Shown here piece by piece: positions 1 through 13,200 of a stretch of 64,000 bases of DNA. Below the pieces are notes generated by a model, which was not told where the DNA came from, ran no database searches, and worked only from the letters and a program-made list of their open reading frames with translations. The DNA comes from Sphagnum compactum (lineage: Eukaryota), in the NCBI GenBank assembly GCA_965153455.1, contig OZ234493.1, forward strand, positions 9,290,213-9,354,212, given 5' to 3'. Each line of letters starts with the position of its first letter. The first letter of the stretch is position 1. The translations under genes and the position numbers were made by a program.

Positions 1-1313
1 ATTTTTGGACACAAGGGCTTCTCTCACTACAAGCAGTAGCTGTGTTGCTTCAACTTGTCTTTGAACGCAATCCCAACCTAGTGCAGTCTTGTTGTTTGGT
101 GAAAAAATTGTCTCATTTTGATTATTTAACTGAATGTAACAATATTAAAGATTTGTCTCCAAGCGGTGAGAGTTATACCTCGAAATCCAAAATGCTTTTT
201 GCTACGATGGTGTTTGGCTAAGTGAGATCCCAAACAATTTATAACACTGACCACGGAGACTCCACATCGATTCCAAGCTTTGCTACAAAAACATAATTAC
301 TCTTTAATCAGACATTCCATTCAAACACTAATTTACATGGCAAGAGACACATCATAACTAACATTTCAACAAACAAAAAAGCTACATTCACTTCAGTTCC
401 ACAAACATTCTATACAAAGAAAGACACTAACCCAAGGGTTTAGGGTTTAGGGCACAATAAAGAACTGATATAATAGAGAGGTAGTGTGTGATTTAATCCC
501 ATTTTCCATTACATGTAGAGAAGAAACCAATTTGTTTTTCTTGATCATGTAAAGTTCAACAATAGCAAAGAATTGTGAAACTACTTCTCAGATAACATGT
601 TGTATAAGATTTGAAATAAAAATCACTAAATGATGATGTCCATATTCGAAGCATTTCTAAAATGGCCTGAACCTTCAATGTTGACGTGTCTATTGAAATC
701 ACTACATACAAAGTCGAAAGGCATCGATAAATGCACACCACATTGTCACATGCAATTCAAGAATTGGAGCAATTGGTTGAAAAACAAGTAACAACCTAGA
801 AACCAAAACCCACAACCAACACAACATTGATAACTTCAAAGAAGATTGCCGAGCTCTTTCACGATCGCAATAGATGCAACGTGAAGCACAAAATGTGCAT
901 TATGCACATTGCACACACAGTAACCTTAATAGAGACCTAGAAACTAGGACGAAATGATGAAACACGAAACCAAGACCAACCAACATCGACTTGAAGGAGA
1001 TTATGCCTACTCCCTTCAAGATAGACTTGAAGGAAGCAGACTTAATCTCCAAATCTGGCTAAATCATCTTATAGATCTGGCTACATACTAAATATGGAAA
1101 TCGGAAAAAGAAAAAAAAGAAAAAACCCAGAATTGTTCTATATTCTTGGCTACCTACTGGAAATTATCATAAAATTCTGGCGATTTGGGGAAAAAAAATC
1201 TTCGAAATCTGGCTAAAATCTGCCGCCGTTGTGGGCATTTGCCGCGTTTGACGCTTTGTTTGTCACAAGTTTTGCTGCTGCTGCTGTTGTTGTTGTAGTT
1301 CCAGAGTAGTGCT

Positions 1314-2417
1314 ATGGCGATGGAGGGTGATCCGCAGCAGCTACAATGGAATATAGTAATGGTGCTAATCGCTTTAGCTATGGCGTGGATGTTGCTTTGT
1401 TTGTGGCTTCGATCCCAGAGACAGCGCTTCCTGTCGTCTTTTTCTCCCCAAGAAGATGCTGATTACCTGATGAGGATTGTCACAAATGTGGAGTTTCCGT
1501 ACTTGTCTCACACTTCAATGGAGTTCGCCTTCTTTCGAACATGTGCCATTCCTTCCATCTCCAAAATCCTTGACAAGACGGGTGTATTCCGAGTTGCAGC
1601 AGCTAAGCGAGCAGATGATACAGAGATTCTGACTCGTGAGTTTTTGCTGCATCATGTGGACAGTGATAGAGGATCACTTGCAATTCGTCGTCTCAATTTC
1701 ATTCATAGTCAGTACGTGATCTCCAACGACGACTACCTTTACGTGTTGGCTCTTTTCGCTCGGGAGCCTGTGAGATGGGCTCGACGATTAGGGTACAGAA
1801 AATGGACAAGTGCGGAAGAGGTCGCAGCATTTGTGAAATGGCGAGATGTGGGTGTGCGTATGGGGATCAAGCACATTCCGGAGAATGTACAAGAGCTTGA
1901 GAGATGGGAAGAAGAATACGAGAAGAAGAACATGAAGTATGCGGATTCCAATCGTCGAGTCGCCGATGCGCAATTCACACTCTTGCTCGAGAAGTATCCG
2001 AGATGCACTCACTCCTTGCTACGTCGTGCTATCTATGCTATGCTAGACGACAGATTGCGAACTGGTCTAGGCTACCCTCGGCAGGCGGAATGGATCCAAC
2101 GGCTTGTAAGCGGTACTCTTCGCTTCTGCGTCGGGACTTTTGTTTCCTTGTTCCTTCCTCCACGGCCTTTCCTCTTGGCAGCCGATCGCATCAAACTCGA
2201 CATCAAGAAACAAGGAGAGAAATTCAATCCCGACATGGTTAGACCGCTCAGCTTTCAGAGATATTCCTCTTGCTCGTACCCTAATGGGTACAAAATTGCC
2301 GATGTTGGTGCTTTCAAACCTGGTCAGCTGGGCACAGCCGTAGAGGGTGAGCTTTTGTGTCCTCTTTCAAGCAGGTACTTTGCGATGACTTGGCCTCCAG
2401 AACAATCATATTTCTGA
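1314..2417 (+). CDS. MpaB/MpaB'-like ER-bound oxygenase (DUF2236 / rubber-oxygenase Lcp catalytic-domain family), 367 aa, single exon
   Basis: Uninterrupted ORF. Hydrophobic N-terminal segment (NIVMVLIALAMAWMLLCLWL) followed by family-typical motifs EFP..SMEFAFFRTCAIPSISKILDKTG, KRADDT, AIRRLNFIHSQY.ISNDDYLYVLALF..EP.RW, W.DVG.RMGI and C-terminal YPNGY.I..VG. Family recognised from memory, no HMM run. Confidence 0.85.
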   Translation: MAMEGDPQQLQWNIVMVLIALAMAWMLLCLWLRSQRQRFLSSFSPQEDADYLMRIVTNVEFPYLSHTSMEFAFFRTCAIPSISKILDKTGVFRVAAAKRADDTEILTREFLLHHVDSDRGSLAIRRLNFIHSQYVISNDDYLYVLALFAREPVRWARRLGYRKWTSAEEVAAFVKWRDVGVRMGIKHIPENVQELERWEEEYEKKNMKYADSNRRVADAQFTLLLEKYPRCTHSLLRRAIYAMLDDRLRTGLGYPRQAEWIQRLVSGTLRFCVGTFVSLFLPPRPFLLAADRIKLDIKKQGEKFNPDMVRPLSFQRYSSCSYPNGYKIADVGAFKPGQLGTAVEGELLCPLSSRYFAMTWPPEQSYF

Positions 2418-4960
2418 TCGGCATGGAATTTCAGCTTGATCTTTGTGCCAGCCATGGTGCTCTGATCCATAAGCTTTGTTGTAGAGTCTGTCTCATCCAT
2501 CTCTTCTTGCTCATCAGCTGCAGGATCTATACAGTTTCAAACCCCAAGAAGCTAAAGCTCCCTTACACCATTGCAAACCTTAAGTGTTTCTTCTTGAAAA
2601 TGTATGACAGTTCTTTGATCTGTTCCGTTTTTTGTTGGAAGCTTGTAGCTGCTCATGAGCCACCAGCAGCAGCAGCCTCTCCCTTGCTTAGACTCTGTGC
2701 AAGATTGTTTGGAAAATGTTGTGAATCTTATATTACAGTTTTAGAATGTTTTGCAACAAAGTGCGAGAACAAAAATGGCTGGAAATTAGCCTAAAGTTCT
2801 ATGATGGCATGGATGTCTTGAGAGAGGAACAGAGGGTTAAAACAGTTTGACAACAAGAAGCAGCTGTGCTGCAGGAGTTTTTTCTTCATGTAAAATGCTT
2901 CATGAAAGGCAAAGAAAATATTCTGCTTGCAGTGATTATGGAGAGAGTCAAACTGATGAGGGTTAACATCATCCCAGCTCTCCATGTCACTAATTGTGCA
3001 CATCAAGGTTTTTGGTTGTTTGTGGGTTGCATGTAGCAAATTTAGTTGACTCTGCATTCATTTGACATGCAATGCCAACCCAAGGGTTTTTGGGTCTTCT
3101 GCGCACAAGTGAGTATCAACAAAGGGAGGGACTTTGGTCAGCAAATTGCATCTCTGAAAATTCCAACTGCATTTACAAGGGATTTGGATCTTTAATTTGT
3201 GCACAGCAAATTGAGTCTCAATTCTAGCTGCATGACCAATCATCAAACAATTCTTCCCACTTTCATGAACATGTGTTGTTTGGTGTGCTAAATTAGGTTG
3301 TAATGTTTCTAGATGTTCGGAACTGGCATTCCTAACCGTCTTTTATATATAAAGAGAGAGAGAATCGTTTATGCAAGGAACCAAGAGTCTAGCCACAATT
3401 ATTTTGGCACTGTATTTCTGGCTGAAGTTCAACTTCAATTGCATGAGCCCTGTCCTATGTCTCCAGCATGTGTTCACTCCGTGCTGATAAGAAAACTAGC
3501 AACCTCACATCATACCAGAAAAGCTTGTACCATCAGGATATCATTCAAAGCATGTCCGTAAAGTTGTGTGCAACCATGAATGGTCAATACCCCATTCAAT
3601 CGATATTATTCACACTAATTGCATCACCAATGGATTTCACAGTGCATGGGATGTGAAATTCAACTACCCAACCACTTATGATAAAGCAATTCACTCTCAC
3701 TATAAGTCGTAACTTGAGGTACCCAACTCTCAAGTGGGTGGATATTATCCTTTATAAATTTACAATAATCATCACACTTAACATGCAATTACCATGCTAT
3801 TGTTTGCACTAACTTTGCAGACACAATCTGATATCAGACAAATGATCTTGTAAACCTGGCTTTACCAAAGATCTTCACAGTTGCAAAGAAGACTGGAAAC
3901 AACATCTAATATTGGACACTAGTCACCAAGGAAAACAACTCCACAATTTTAAGAGAAGTGAAGCTGTTACAGGCCACAAACAAATGGTTTTGAGAAATGA
4001 TACCTTACATTGGCAGCCTTCTTTTTAGTTGTGGCCTGTTTTGAAGTTCCATGATACCAGCAAGTAGGCAACCTGCAATCCTGAGTTGAACATACTTTTG
4101 ACAAGGAAAACAGGGGAACAACAGATAAACAAATGTGGTCAAAGATGGGGCAATGACAAAATATGATCACCTGACTACCTCAGGAATTCCAGGAACCACA
4201 ACAATTAAAAAAATCTATTTATATGGATTACACATTCCCTTGCATCCCATGTGCCAGCAGACAGGATGTTTCTAACAGACCACTGTGACTCACAACCTGA
4301 ATCTGAAAAGGGTTTTGTGGGAGAGAAGAAAGAATCGAAGATGTACCATGACTAAATGGGAAAAATTGGCAAGGATTTTCCACAGGAAAGGATAAGGAAG
4401 ACTCAAACACACCTAAAGAATAAGCTACACAAGCACTCCACTTGTTTAGAACAAAGTGATTGCAGTCACATAACCAACAAGGCATGGCTCCAATTATGAC
4501 AAAACTGTTCTTGTAAATCCCGACATAAATATAAGGACAATGATCTGCTTGTTCCAATCCATCCCTTACTGACCGCCTGCTACTCAAGTTTCTAAAGTCT
4601 AAGTTAACTCTCTCTGAATGTTGGCACTTTTAAGTGCAAAAAAAAACAAAATGTGCGCCCAGAAAAGAATGTGTCAATATACCAACTAACATGGCAAACC
4701 AGGTTTGACGGACCCTGCAGCCTGCCAATCAGACTTGATGGGAAGGCAAAGCCCACCAATCCATGAATGAACATGATGGAGATGGCTCTCAACTGACCTG
4801 TGGCACCCACACCTTGACCGAGGGAGGGTACACCCACGCAACCACAATGTAACTCTTGTAAATCTGGACTTCCGAGCCACCCTCACCTTGCAACGAGACA
4901 ACACATGGCACTCACTGGAACAGACGGACGAAAATCAATTGGCATGTTCTTCCTCTTTGA

Positions 4961-7767
4961 TCACACCTACTAAGATGCTTTCATGTAATGGTTAAGTTTG
5001 GAATTCTCTCACTGCAACAACTTTCAGCAGTTAAACTGTGGCCACACGCTACATCAGTGTACACTGGGTGACTATTGATACAGGGTTGCAGAGATCCTCA
5101 CTAAGTGTAGTACTATACTCTTCACAGCAAATAATCAGATCCAGAGACTGGCTGTGTCAACACAATTAGCACAAATTCCCTCTAGTCACTTCACAAGACC
5201 TCAGAATGGAAGCAAGCTCTTCAACTTTAACTCCAGTACTTTACATGGAGGGAAAGTGAGTTAAAACTGTAGACAGCAAAAGCAACAAAACAACTACTCA
5301 ATTCAATGTGCTTGTGGATGAAAGTGGCATCAAGCTGCATGCAGGCCACAGGATGAAGGATGATCACAGAAATGACTTGCCAAAGACTTCAACACCTATC
5401 ACTGGAGTATGTTCAGAAATTTGCACCTTTACCTGTAGCAACTTACAATCGCAGATTCCACAAACCAGATCAGATGCCAATGCTGGGGCGTTGGAACCAT
5501 TGCTAGGTTTTGTCTCTGTTGGCTTATCAGCTCCACAATTCCTCCGGTTGCACTTTGTGCGGAATGGATAGTTAACATTCCCACATGATTCACAGGTCCA
5601 ACTGCCATCTGGAGGTGGTCCCTCTGCAAAATGTAGAACCCTGTTGAGAACAGAGCTTACCCAGACTGCATTTCCTGAGGAAAAGGGCAAGGTTTTTGTG
5701 AATACTTCTGTATCTGCAGATATGTCTCTATGTATTATGTCCGTAGACATTCAGTGAGAGCCTTACGTGATACAGGGAGTGGTCTTGGAGGAGGGCCATT
5801 TCCATATCGTACCTGCAGGAGCATAAGCATATTTACACTCATTACATCACAATTCACTTGAAAACTACAACCTACCAAACTGAAGAACAAGGACAGGTCC
5901 CCTAACAAATTTCAAAAACTTGAATCCTGCACCAAAACCCCTCCAACATCAAGAACAATTACATCACATAGCTTCACACTGTGTGCACAATCCTGTCCAT
6001 AAAACTGACAATACTCACCACCTCAGTTGGTTTTGAAGCACCACACTTGCGCATATTGCAAGTACCTCGAAATGCAAAGTTAGTGTTACCACACTTGGGA
6101 CATAACCAATCACCTTCAGAGGCACCATCTGGACCTGTAGGCAGTGCCAGAGGATGTTCAATAACATCACAGCAACAACTCATGTTGATTGATGCTACTC
6201 AGACACAATCTTGACACTAAAGTTTCAGAAATAACCAGAAGACTGGCCTAAAGTCTATCATATAATCTACTAAGACTATTGTGTTCATCACATAGGATGG
6301 ACTACATTACCACCTCTCCGCTTTCTAGAACCATTGTCCTCTCCATAGTTTGCAGCTGGTCGAGGTGCAGGCATCTTCATGCAGTAAAGCAACCCAAAAC
6401 TGAGTCATTAATACGACAAGGCAACAATTTGAAAACACCCCATTTGTACAAGAATATCAAATTCACATGCAAGACAAGTGATTGCAGCTAGTGCAAGGAA
6501 AAGATGTACCAGTAGGCCTAAACTCATGTCCATGTCCATTCCATAGCCATCCAAGACAGGTGCTGAACCATAACTAAGACCTGCAATCCACGATACAACT
6601 GTGTCAAGTATCAACTGTGTTTGTTCTCCTGGGGTTTTCCATGTTAACTTCATTCCAGACTACTCTTCAGATGAGGAGACCGACAGTACAACTTCACAAA
6701 ACTGAACACAAAAGCATTTCATTCCCAGTTCATATAAGGAAAAGGAGACACAAACAGGAGTAAGTTAGGGCAGGCAGGTGGAGATCATTTCCACTAATGA
6801 CAGTACCAGTAGGAGCATATGCTGATGGTCTAGGAAGTGGATTGTAAGATGTCACTTTGTTGATAGATGAACCATAGTTATATGGCCCACTGGCAGTCAT
6901 TGGTTGCTGCAAATATATTGGGGCCCCATAATTTGAAGGGAGCCCCAATGTCAAAGGTGGTGGTGCCCCTGGACCACCCATGTACATTGAAGGTTCCTGA
7001 TCATAATGCACTGGTCCCATATGGCCTCCAATTCTCCTCTGTCATGAATAGCACCCATGAAAGCCATGGACAAGTGAGAAGGAGCAGAAATTTCCTAGAA
7101 TCCAACCAGAATAAGAAATCATTTTCCTCCTTCACAACATGGAAAGCACCCAGCTCATCCACATAACATATCAAACTCCAAGCACAGCACACCACTGTGC
7201 CTCCTGAAAAAATTACATGAGAAGATTCAGCTGGCTTTGATGTTCCACACTTGCGCATGTTGCATGTGGTTCTGAAAGCAAAGTTCACATTGCCACACTG
7301 AGGACATGTCCAATCTCCATCCCCACGAGAACCTGACAGCCAAACACAGCATGCACAATGATCAGGAAATCAGAAGGGGGAAAAAAAACCAACTCCATAG
7401 TACTTAGCTAAAGGAAAAGGAGCTTGAACTTTGGGGTGCGCAATATGCTCACTGGTTGCATGAACAGCAAAAGATTAGTAACTTATGCACCAGAAAGTAA
7501 AGGATACACTATGCTAGTTTAGAACCATTTACTTACTTTCAGAGCGTGCACGCTTTGGCCCTGATGCCCCTCGGAAATCCGTCTGTCACATTCAGCACAC
7601 ATCAGCATTCAAGAAAGACAAGATATTTCTCTATACCTCTTTACACCCTTGAAAGTATGAAATGACCTAAAGGACAAAGAAAAAAGAGAAAAATACTTCT
7701 GTTCTCCAACATACTGCTACAAAATAGACTACCAAAAAACATACAGAGTGAAAGTCACCTGAAGCAT
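4961..7767 (-). CDS. RanBP2-type zinc-finger protein with three ZnFs (At1g67325-like RNA-binding protein), ~287 aa
   Basis: Hand-spliced GT-AG exons in consistent phase: 7767-7759 (MLQ), 7582-7537 (TDFRGASGPKRARSE), 7332-7217 (DWTCPQCGNVNFAFRTTCNMRKC), 7038-6807, 6580-6510, 6374-6311, 6134-6019 (DWLCPKCGNTNFAFRGTCNMRKC), 5812-5767, 5623-5466 (SWTCESCGNVNYPFRTKCNRRNC). The terminal stop exon near 4961-4966 is tentative. A probable 5'UTR intron donor lies near 8232. Confidence 0.88.
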
Positions 7768-10207
7768 GGCTGCCCAGGTCCTTGAATCCTAGTCTTCCCA
7801 AACACGGATTATGTAACTCCAAAAATAGCGTAGTGCAATACACAGTGAATGAACAAATGATGTTGGCACCCCCCCTCCCCCCCTCCCCCCCCCCCTGGGT
7901 CAATACTGAGCAATGAGCTTGCTCTCAATCAGAAGCACAAGAGAAAATACAGCCCTGCAAAAACAGTTCCTACATGCGAAATATCAGAAACGGTTTTGAA
8001 AGCTCTATTGCACCACCCCTTGGTCATTTGATAGACAATGCGATGCCTAGCTAAGGTGCAAAAAGGCTACAGACCAGAGCCAGGCTTTTAGCATTCTCTT
8101 TAAACATCAGAGCATACGTGAATATATATATGTATGTCGCTACAGTGTCCCAGGGAACCATGCATGTTGAGAAAACTGAAAGGACGGACACAAAACTTCA
8201 CCAAAAAAGACATCCCCGTACTAAATGCTTACTTCCTGTAAAGCAGGAAACCCCAAATTTTGAAGAGCAAGCTCCTTCACACGAGTAAAATGTCGGGAGT
8301 ATAACATCAAGAACATCCTTACGGCTTCATCAACAAGCACAAAAAGAAGGAGACTTTTAAGACCAGCAAAGCAAGAAACACTAAGTCTAAAAGCACATAC
8401 AAAAACAAGACTGAAAAAGAAAAGCAACCGAATTTCGACATCAGCAGCTTTTTTCCGACAACCTGAAACCCCCCGATTGGAAATCCAAACCAGAAAGCAC
8501 AAACATGCCAAAGAATACAACTACCTGCCGACAGTAGAACAGGGATATGACGTCCAAACTCCAAATCGAAAGAAACTAAATACACCGCCACCGCCACCGC
8601 AACAGATTCTCTAAGCCGCTGAAACTTTTACAAAAACTACAAGTACCGCATATAAAAAGGACACAGTCTCTTCGAAGGCAATCCGTTAGTACTGCCGCAA
8701 AGACGATCGATGCATAAAAAATGGCGTCGATTTGCGAAGAAACACGAAGGAGGAAAGCCAGCGCTGATGGCAGCGAGAGAGCGTTATAGAGCCGGAGAGG
8801 AGGCGGATTGTAGGGGTCTACGTTCGAGGGAAGGGACGCTTTTCCTCGGGCAGAAAGGGCAGATGTTTAAAAACATTCTTTAAAAAAGAACTCGTCCTAT
8901 CCCCAATGCCCAATTTAACTTTTTATAACTCCTAAGATATCAATCATATTATTGCAATCCAGAAATTGAAAAATAAAATAAAATCACTCTCTCTTTTGAG
9001 TCCTGACTCCTGGGTATTGCAATATTTGCTCTGGGAAATTTTTATTACCCCTCAAAAATGCATTTTACAATCATCAATCCAAAAGATTTTTGAGTAATTT
9101 TTTGCCAAGCATTATTAAACTTTGAGGTGTTGAAAACACACACAAAACAAAACCTTTTCAATTAAGGCAAGATTTTTTAGTATTCATTAATGTGAGGAAG
9201 GGAATGAAAGGGTACCTAATCAAATTTCAATTAATTTTTTAGTATGGGTATGAGCTAATTCCATGCTCACCTTTCATCTTGCCACCAAAGCCATTATCTA
9301 CATAGCAAGTGATTTCCCCCTACTACCCTTAGTAGCAAATGATCAAGACTTGGATGTAAATTTCTTAAACAAGATGAAGATAAAAAGTTACTGAGAGATC
9401 ATCCTTAAACTAAAATTGTTGGCCTCTATTTGTTATGCAAGAATTTGATTTTTTGATGTATGTAAAAAATTAATAGTTTCAAAAAGTTCCTTACATTGAA
9501 ATATTTTCACATGAGAAGACAACTTCAATTTCCCAAATGAAGAATTATTTCTTATCTCCTTGCCTCCGGATCATCCTACATTGAAAGCCACCCATGCCCT
9601 TTCATTCACAAGTGTTAGAATAAATACCAAGACTTTTGTTACTCAAAAATTCCAATTGGCAAAAGTTCTATTGACTTTGCATAAACAAACCAAGATTTGG
9701 GCATCTTAAGATGATCACAAAAATATGTCTAGTGCCCAATGGAGCTCAAATGATCCAAGGTTGGCAGATCTAACCATGTTGATCTGGCATTGGTACACAT
9801 TTGGTGCCTCTTGATAATTCTCCAGCAATCCCATTTCATCATCAATGGGGTTGGGATTGGAGACCCATGCAACCTATACAACTACCAAGGGGGCAAAATG
9901 AATGAGTCAACAAGGGCTTAGAGTTTAGGGAATTAATGAAACATCACACCTGACAAGAGATGGATTTTTGATTCAGAGACCCTACATTGTCACAAGCAGC
10001 ATTTGTAAAGTACACATAACAATACCCTGTGTTCCATGGGAATCTGTTTACAATGGAAATGACCTCTAAAGCTTTATACACTCTGGGATATCTCCACACA
10101 TCAATGCTTTTACAAGAGTCCCAATTAATGCAGAAAAGGGATGAGCAACCAGCTCCAAATAGCAGATATCTGCACCAGCAGCTGCTATGAACAAATGGAG
10201 ATGCTGC

Positions 10208-13200
10208 TTAGATCAGGCCATGATAAACAAATGTTTGTTGTTCAAGACAGGCTTTCTTATTCCGCACCAGATCATCCAGATCATGGACTATTTTAAAGAC
10301 TGCATCAGGCTGTGCAAGCTTCCGTGCATTCGCAGCCATCTCTCTAAGCTCATCAGCTTTAGAACCAAACCAGTCTGCAATAATCTTGGCAATCTCTTTT
10401 GGCTCCTCACAGTAAGTGCCAGCACCATTTTCCACCACAAAGGAGACATTTCCAACTTCCTGTAGTAGGAAGCCCATTTAGAACATGTAGGCAAACTACA
10501 AACAAGAAACACCCTGAAACATTGCAGCTCTACTGTGAATAATTGTCAATCCTGAATGCAAAAATTACAGGGTAGAGACGAACTTGGCCTGCAATGAAGT
10601 CAAAAAGGAGCATCGGCAGCCCCCGAATCATGGCTTCTGCTATGGTGCCAGGACCTGCCTGCACATTTACCAACAATGACATGTGGGGCCTCAAGACATG
10701 GGCCATATGCAGGACCAAAAGACAGATGTCAACTGTGCTTGCCAAGCATTACAACCTCAAACCCTGCATTTTCTTCAATTTGCTTAAACACAGCAGAAAG
10801 TGCAGACGATTGGCCTAAAGAGAGAAGGAATTTAGCATATCCAGTGGCACCTCCAGAAATGATTTCTTATGTCATGAGCACAAATTGCAAACAGAAAATG
10901 AGATACCCCACAGAGATTAACCAGTCATAATTCATGAGGACCAATAAAGATGTCCACTCAAACCTCGGTAAAAATTTCTGTGATTGATCAAACATTCAAA
11001 ATACATTTGCAACTCATATCAAAAGGTTGGCACTAGATGTGAACTGGCCAATATGGGCAGAGTCAGGCTGGTATTTGGGTTTGCAAGCTTTGGGACTGCA
11101 AGCTCCAAGCACTTTGCAGATTGTGGAATTTTGCTGGAAACAATGGAGAATCTTGGATTGGTTGGAAACATCCTGATTTTGGGTTGGATGCAATCAAGGT
11201 AAGTGTCTTCTAACTTTTGCAACGTGTGCCACCTGATAAAAACCAAGAGCAGCAATTGAGACAGAGAACTTACCTTAGTAATCATACAATCACAGGCCGC
11301 CATCCATTCAGACATGTTGGTTACAAAACCTTGGACCTGCATCAACAGCACCCCAGAGTCTAAAAAATGCAGAAAGCTGTATTGACACCTACAACAAGCA
11401 AACAATGATGGAAGCAAGAGATGGGGAAAATTGTGAACTAGCTCATATGTAGCAAAACTTTCATCACCTGTTGTGATCTGTACAGAATCAGCATCACAAG
11501 ATGCTGATAGGCACAGAATGTATGCAACTGAATAATATGATCATTTCAACCACAATTTGAATTTTACTGCTCCCTTGAATTTCCAAATGCCATGAATCCC
11601 ATTTGAGTTTCAGCTGACATCAAGTTTACAGCAAAACATTAGGAAGAGAGTACTCTTTCAGCTAAACTAATCCTTTCACCAATGAAAGGCACTGCAAAAG
11701 CAGGATATTGGAAGGAGGAAAATACCTGGATTGGAATTTTCCAGTTGACCTGCTGAAGCTTCCTGACAAGGTTTTTGTTCCGACCACACACAACCACAAG
11801 CTGTCCTATTGGCTTTCCTGTGTTTGCATCATACAATGCCTCCCCAAGTGCTCGAGCAGTGGTTTCCACAGGACCCATGCCTTCACCACCCCCCATCAAA
11901 AGCACAGCTGGAAGTTCTTCATCCATTTCAAGCTCTTTCCGCAATTCATCCTGTAGCAGAATGCATGTGTTGAAGCATTGAAGAAACCTAAACATCCAAC
12001 TTCATGTCAAAAAAGCATCAAGCATGGCCATAAACAAACTGATTGAATAACATGATGCACAACAACAACCTTAGGATGTGTGGGGTTTGAAAAGGAAGGA
12101 CGGATGGGAAGGCCATGCACACGGAGTTGATAAGGCTGGAGACCAGCCTTAAGTGCTCTCTGTGCTACTGTATTTGTTGGACAAAAGCACCTCGTTACTA
12201 GTTTATGAAACCTGCAACACCGTCAATCAACAACTGGTATAAACATTAAGCAGAATCTGCAACAGTCTCCGACAACATCTTCTAGACCCATAACTACACC
12301 CAGAAATGAATAAATCTGCAAAGCTCCTTCCCAAAAGACCAAGGCCATTCCAGGAGAAGGATGGTATAATACCAGGTAGGATGGCAGGTACTAAGGTCTG
12401 TAATAACAGTGGTAAAGGGGATCTTGTGAAGAAGGCCCCTTGCCCTTAGAACCCTCAATGGAATGTGCTGCATCAATGGGTGCACACTCACAATCACATC
12501 CGGTTGGTACTTAATCAATCCTTTAGCAATTTCCCTGAGCAGCACAAACCCACCCACAAGCAGGGATTAAATGTCTTCATCTGGCAACTCATCAATTAGC
12601 TTATTTTGAGCTCTGCTCAGCAGTTCACAGAACAATATCTTCTCTACAACTACATTTGCAGTTCTATACTTAGAAGTAACAACACTCCACATTTATGAAA
12701 ACAAACTTCACGGACATAGGAAAAGTGAGATGATCACATGCTAAAATATAATCAGATTTCCTGGTCAAAAAACAAGTGAACTTCACAGAAACTTTCAGGC
12801 AGAACAAAGAGAATAGAGACAAGAATAATCAATTCACAATGAACAATATGACAGCTTTTGCAGTATGAACAAGAATGACTGACAGTCCCTTGCATGTAGA
12901 GTTGGCCATTAACAGCAACATGGATAGCAGTGACTAACTACCAGGCCACTGACTTTATGAGCTTCCAATATAAGATTCAGCTCAATGTCAAACACCAACA
13001 TGCAAACTGTGTTTCTGCTATGAGTCTGAAAGTGAAGGTAGACTCAGCCATGATGCTAGCTAGCATACAAGGCATACAACTTAAAACATGAAAGAAAAAC
13101 AAAGGAAAAAAGAGAAGAGGAAGAGGAAGAAGAAGAAGAAGAAGAAGAAGAAACAGGTGTTGAAAATCCTCATGAGCAAGGAACTTTGAGAACAGAGCAC

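Noticed and set aside
436-452. (TTTAGGG)2 telomere-type repeat
   Set aside because: Too short for a telomere or a meaningful interstitial array; such motifs are scattered through the window.
1739-2794. Overlapping alternative-frame and antisense ORFs around the oxygenase gene
   Set aside because: Shadow ORFs of a real CDS or its 3'UTR, with no motifs.
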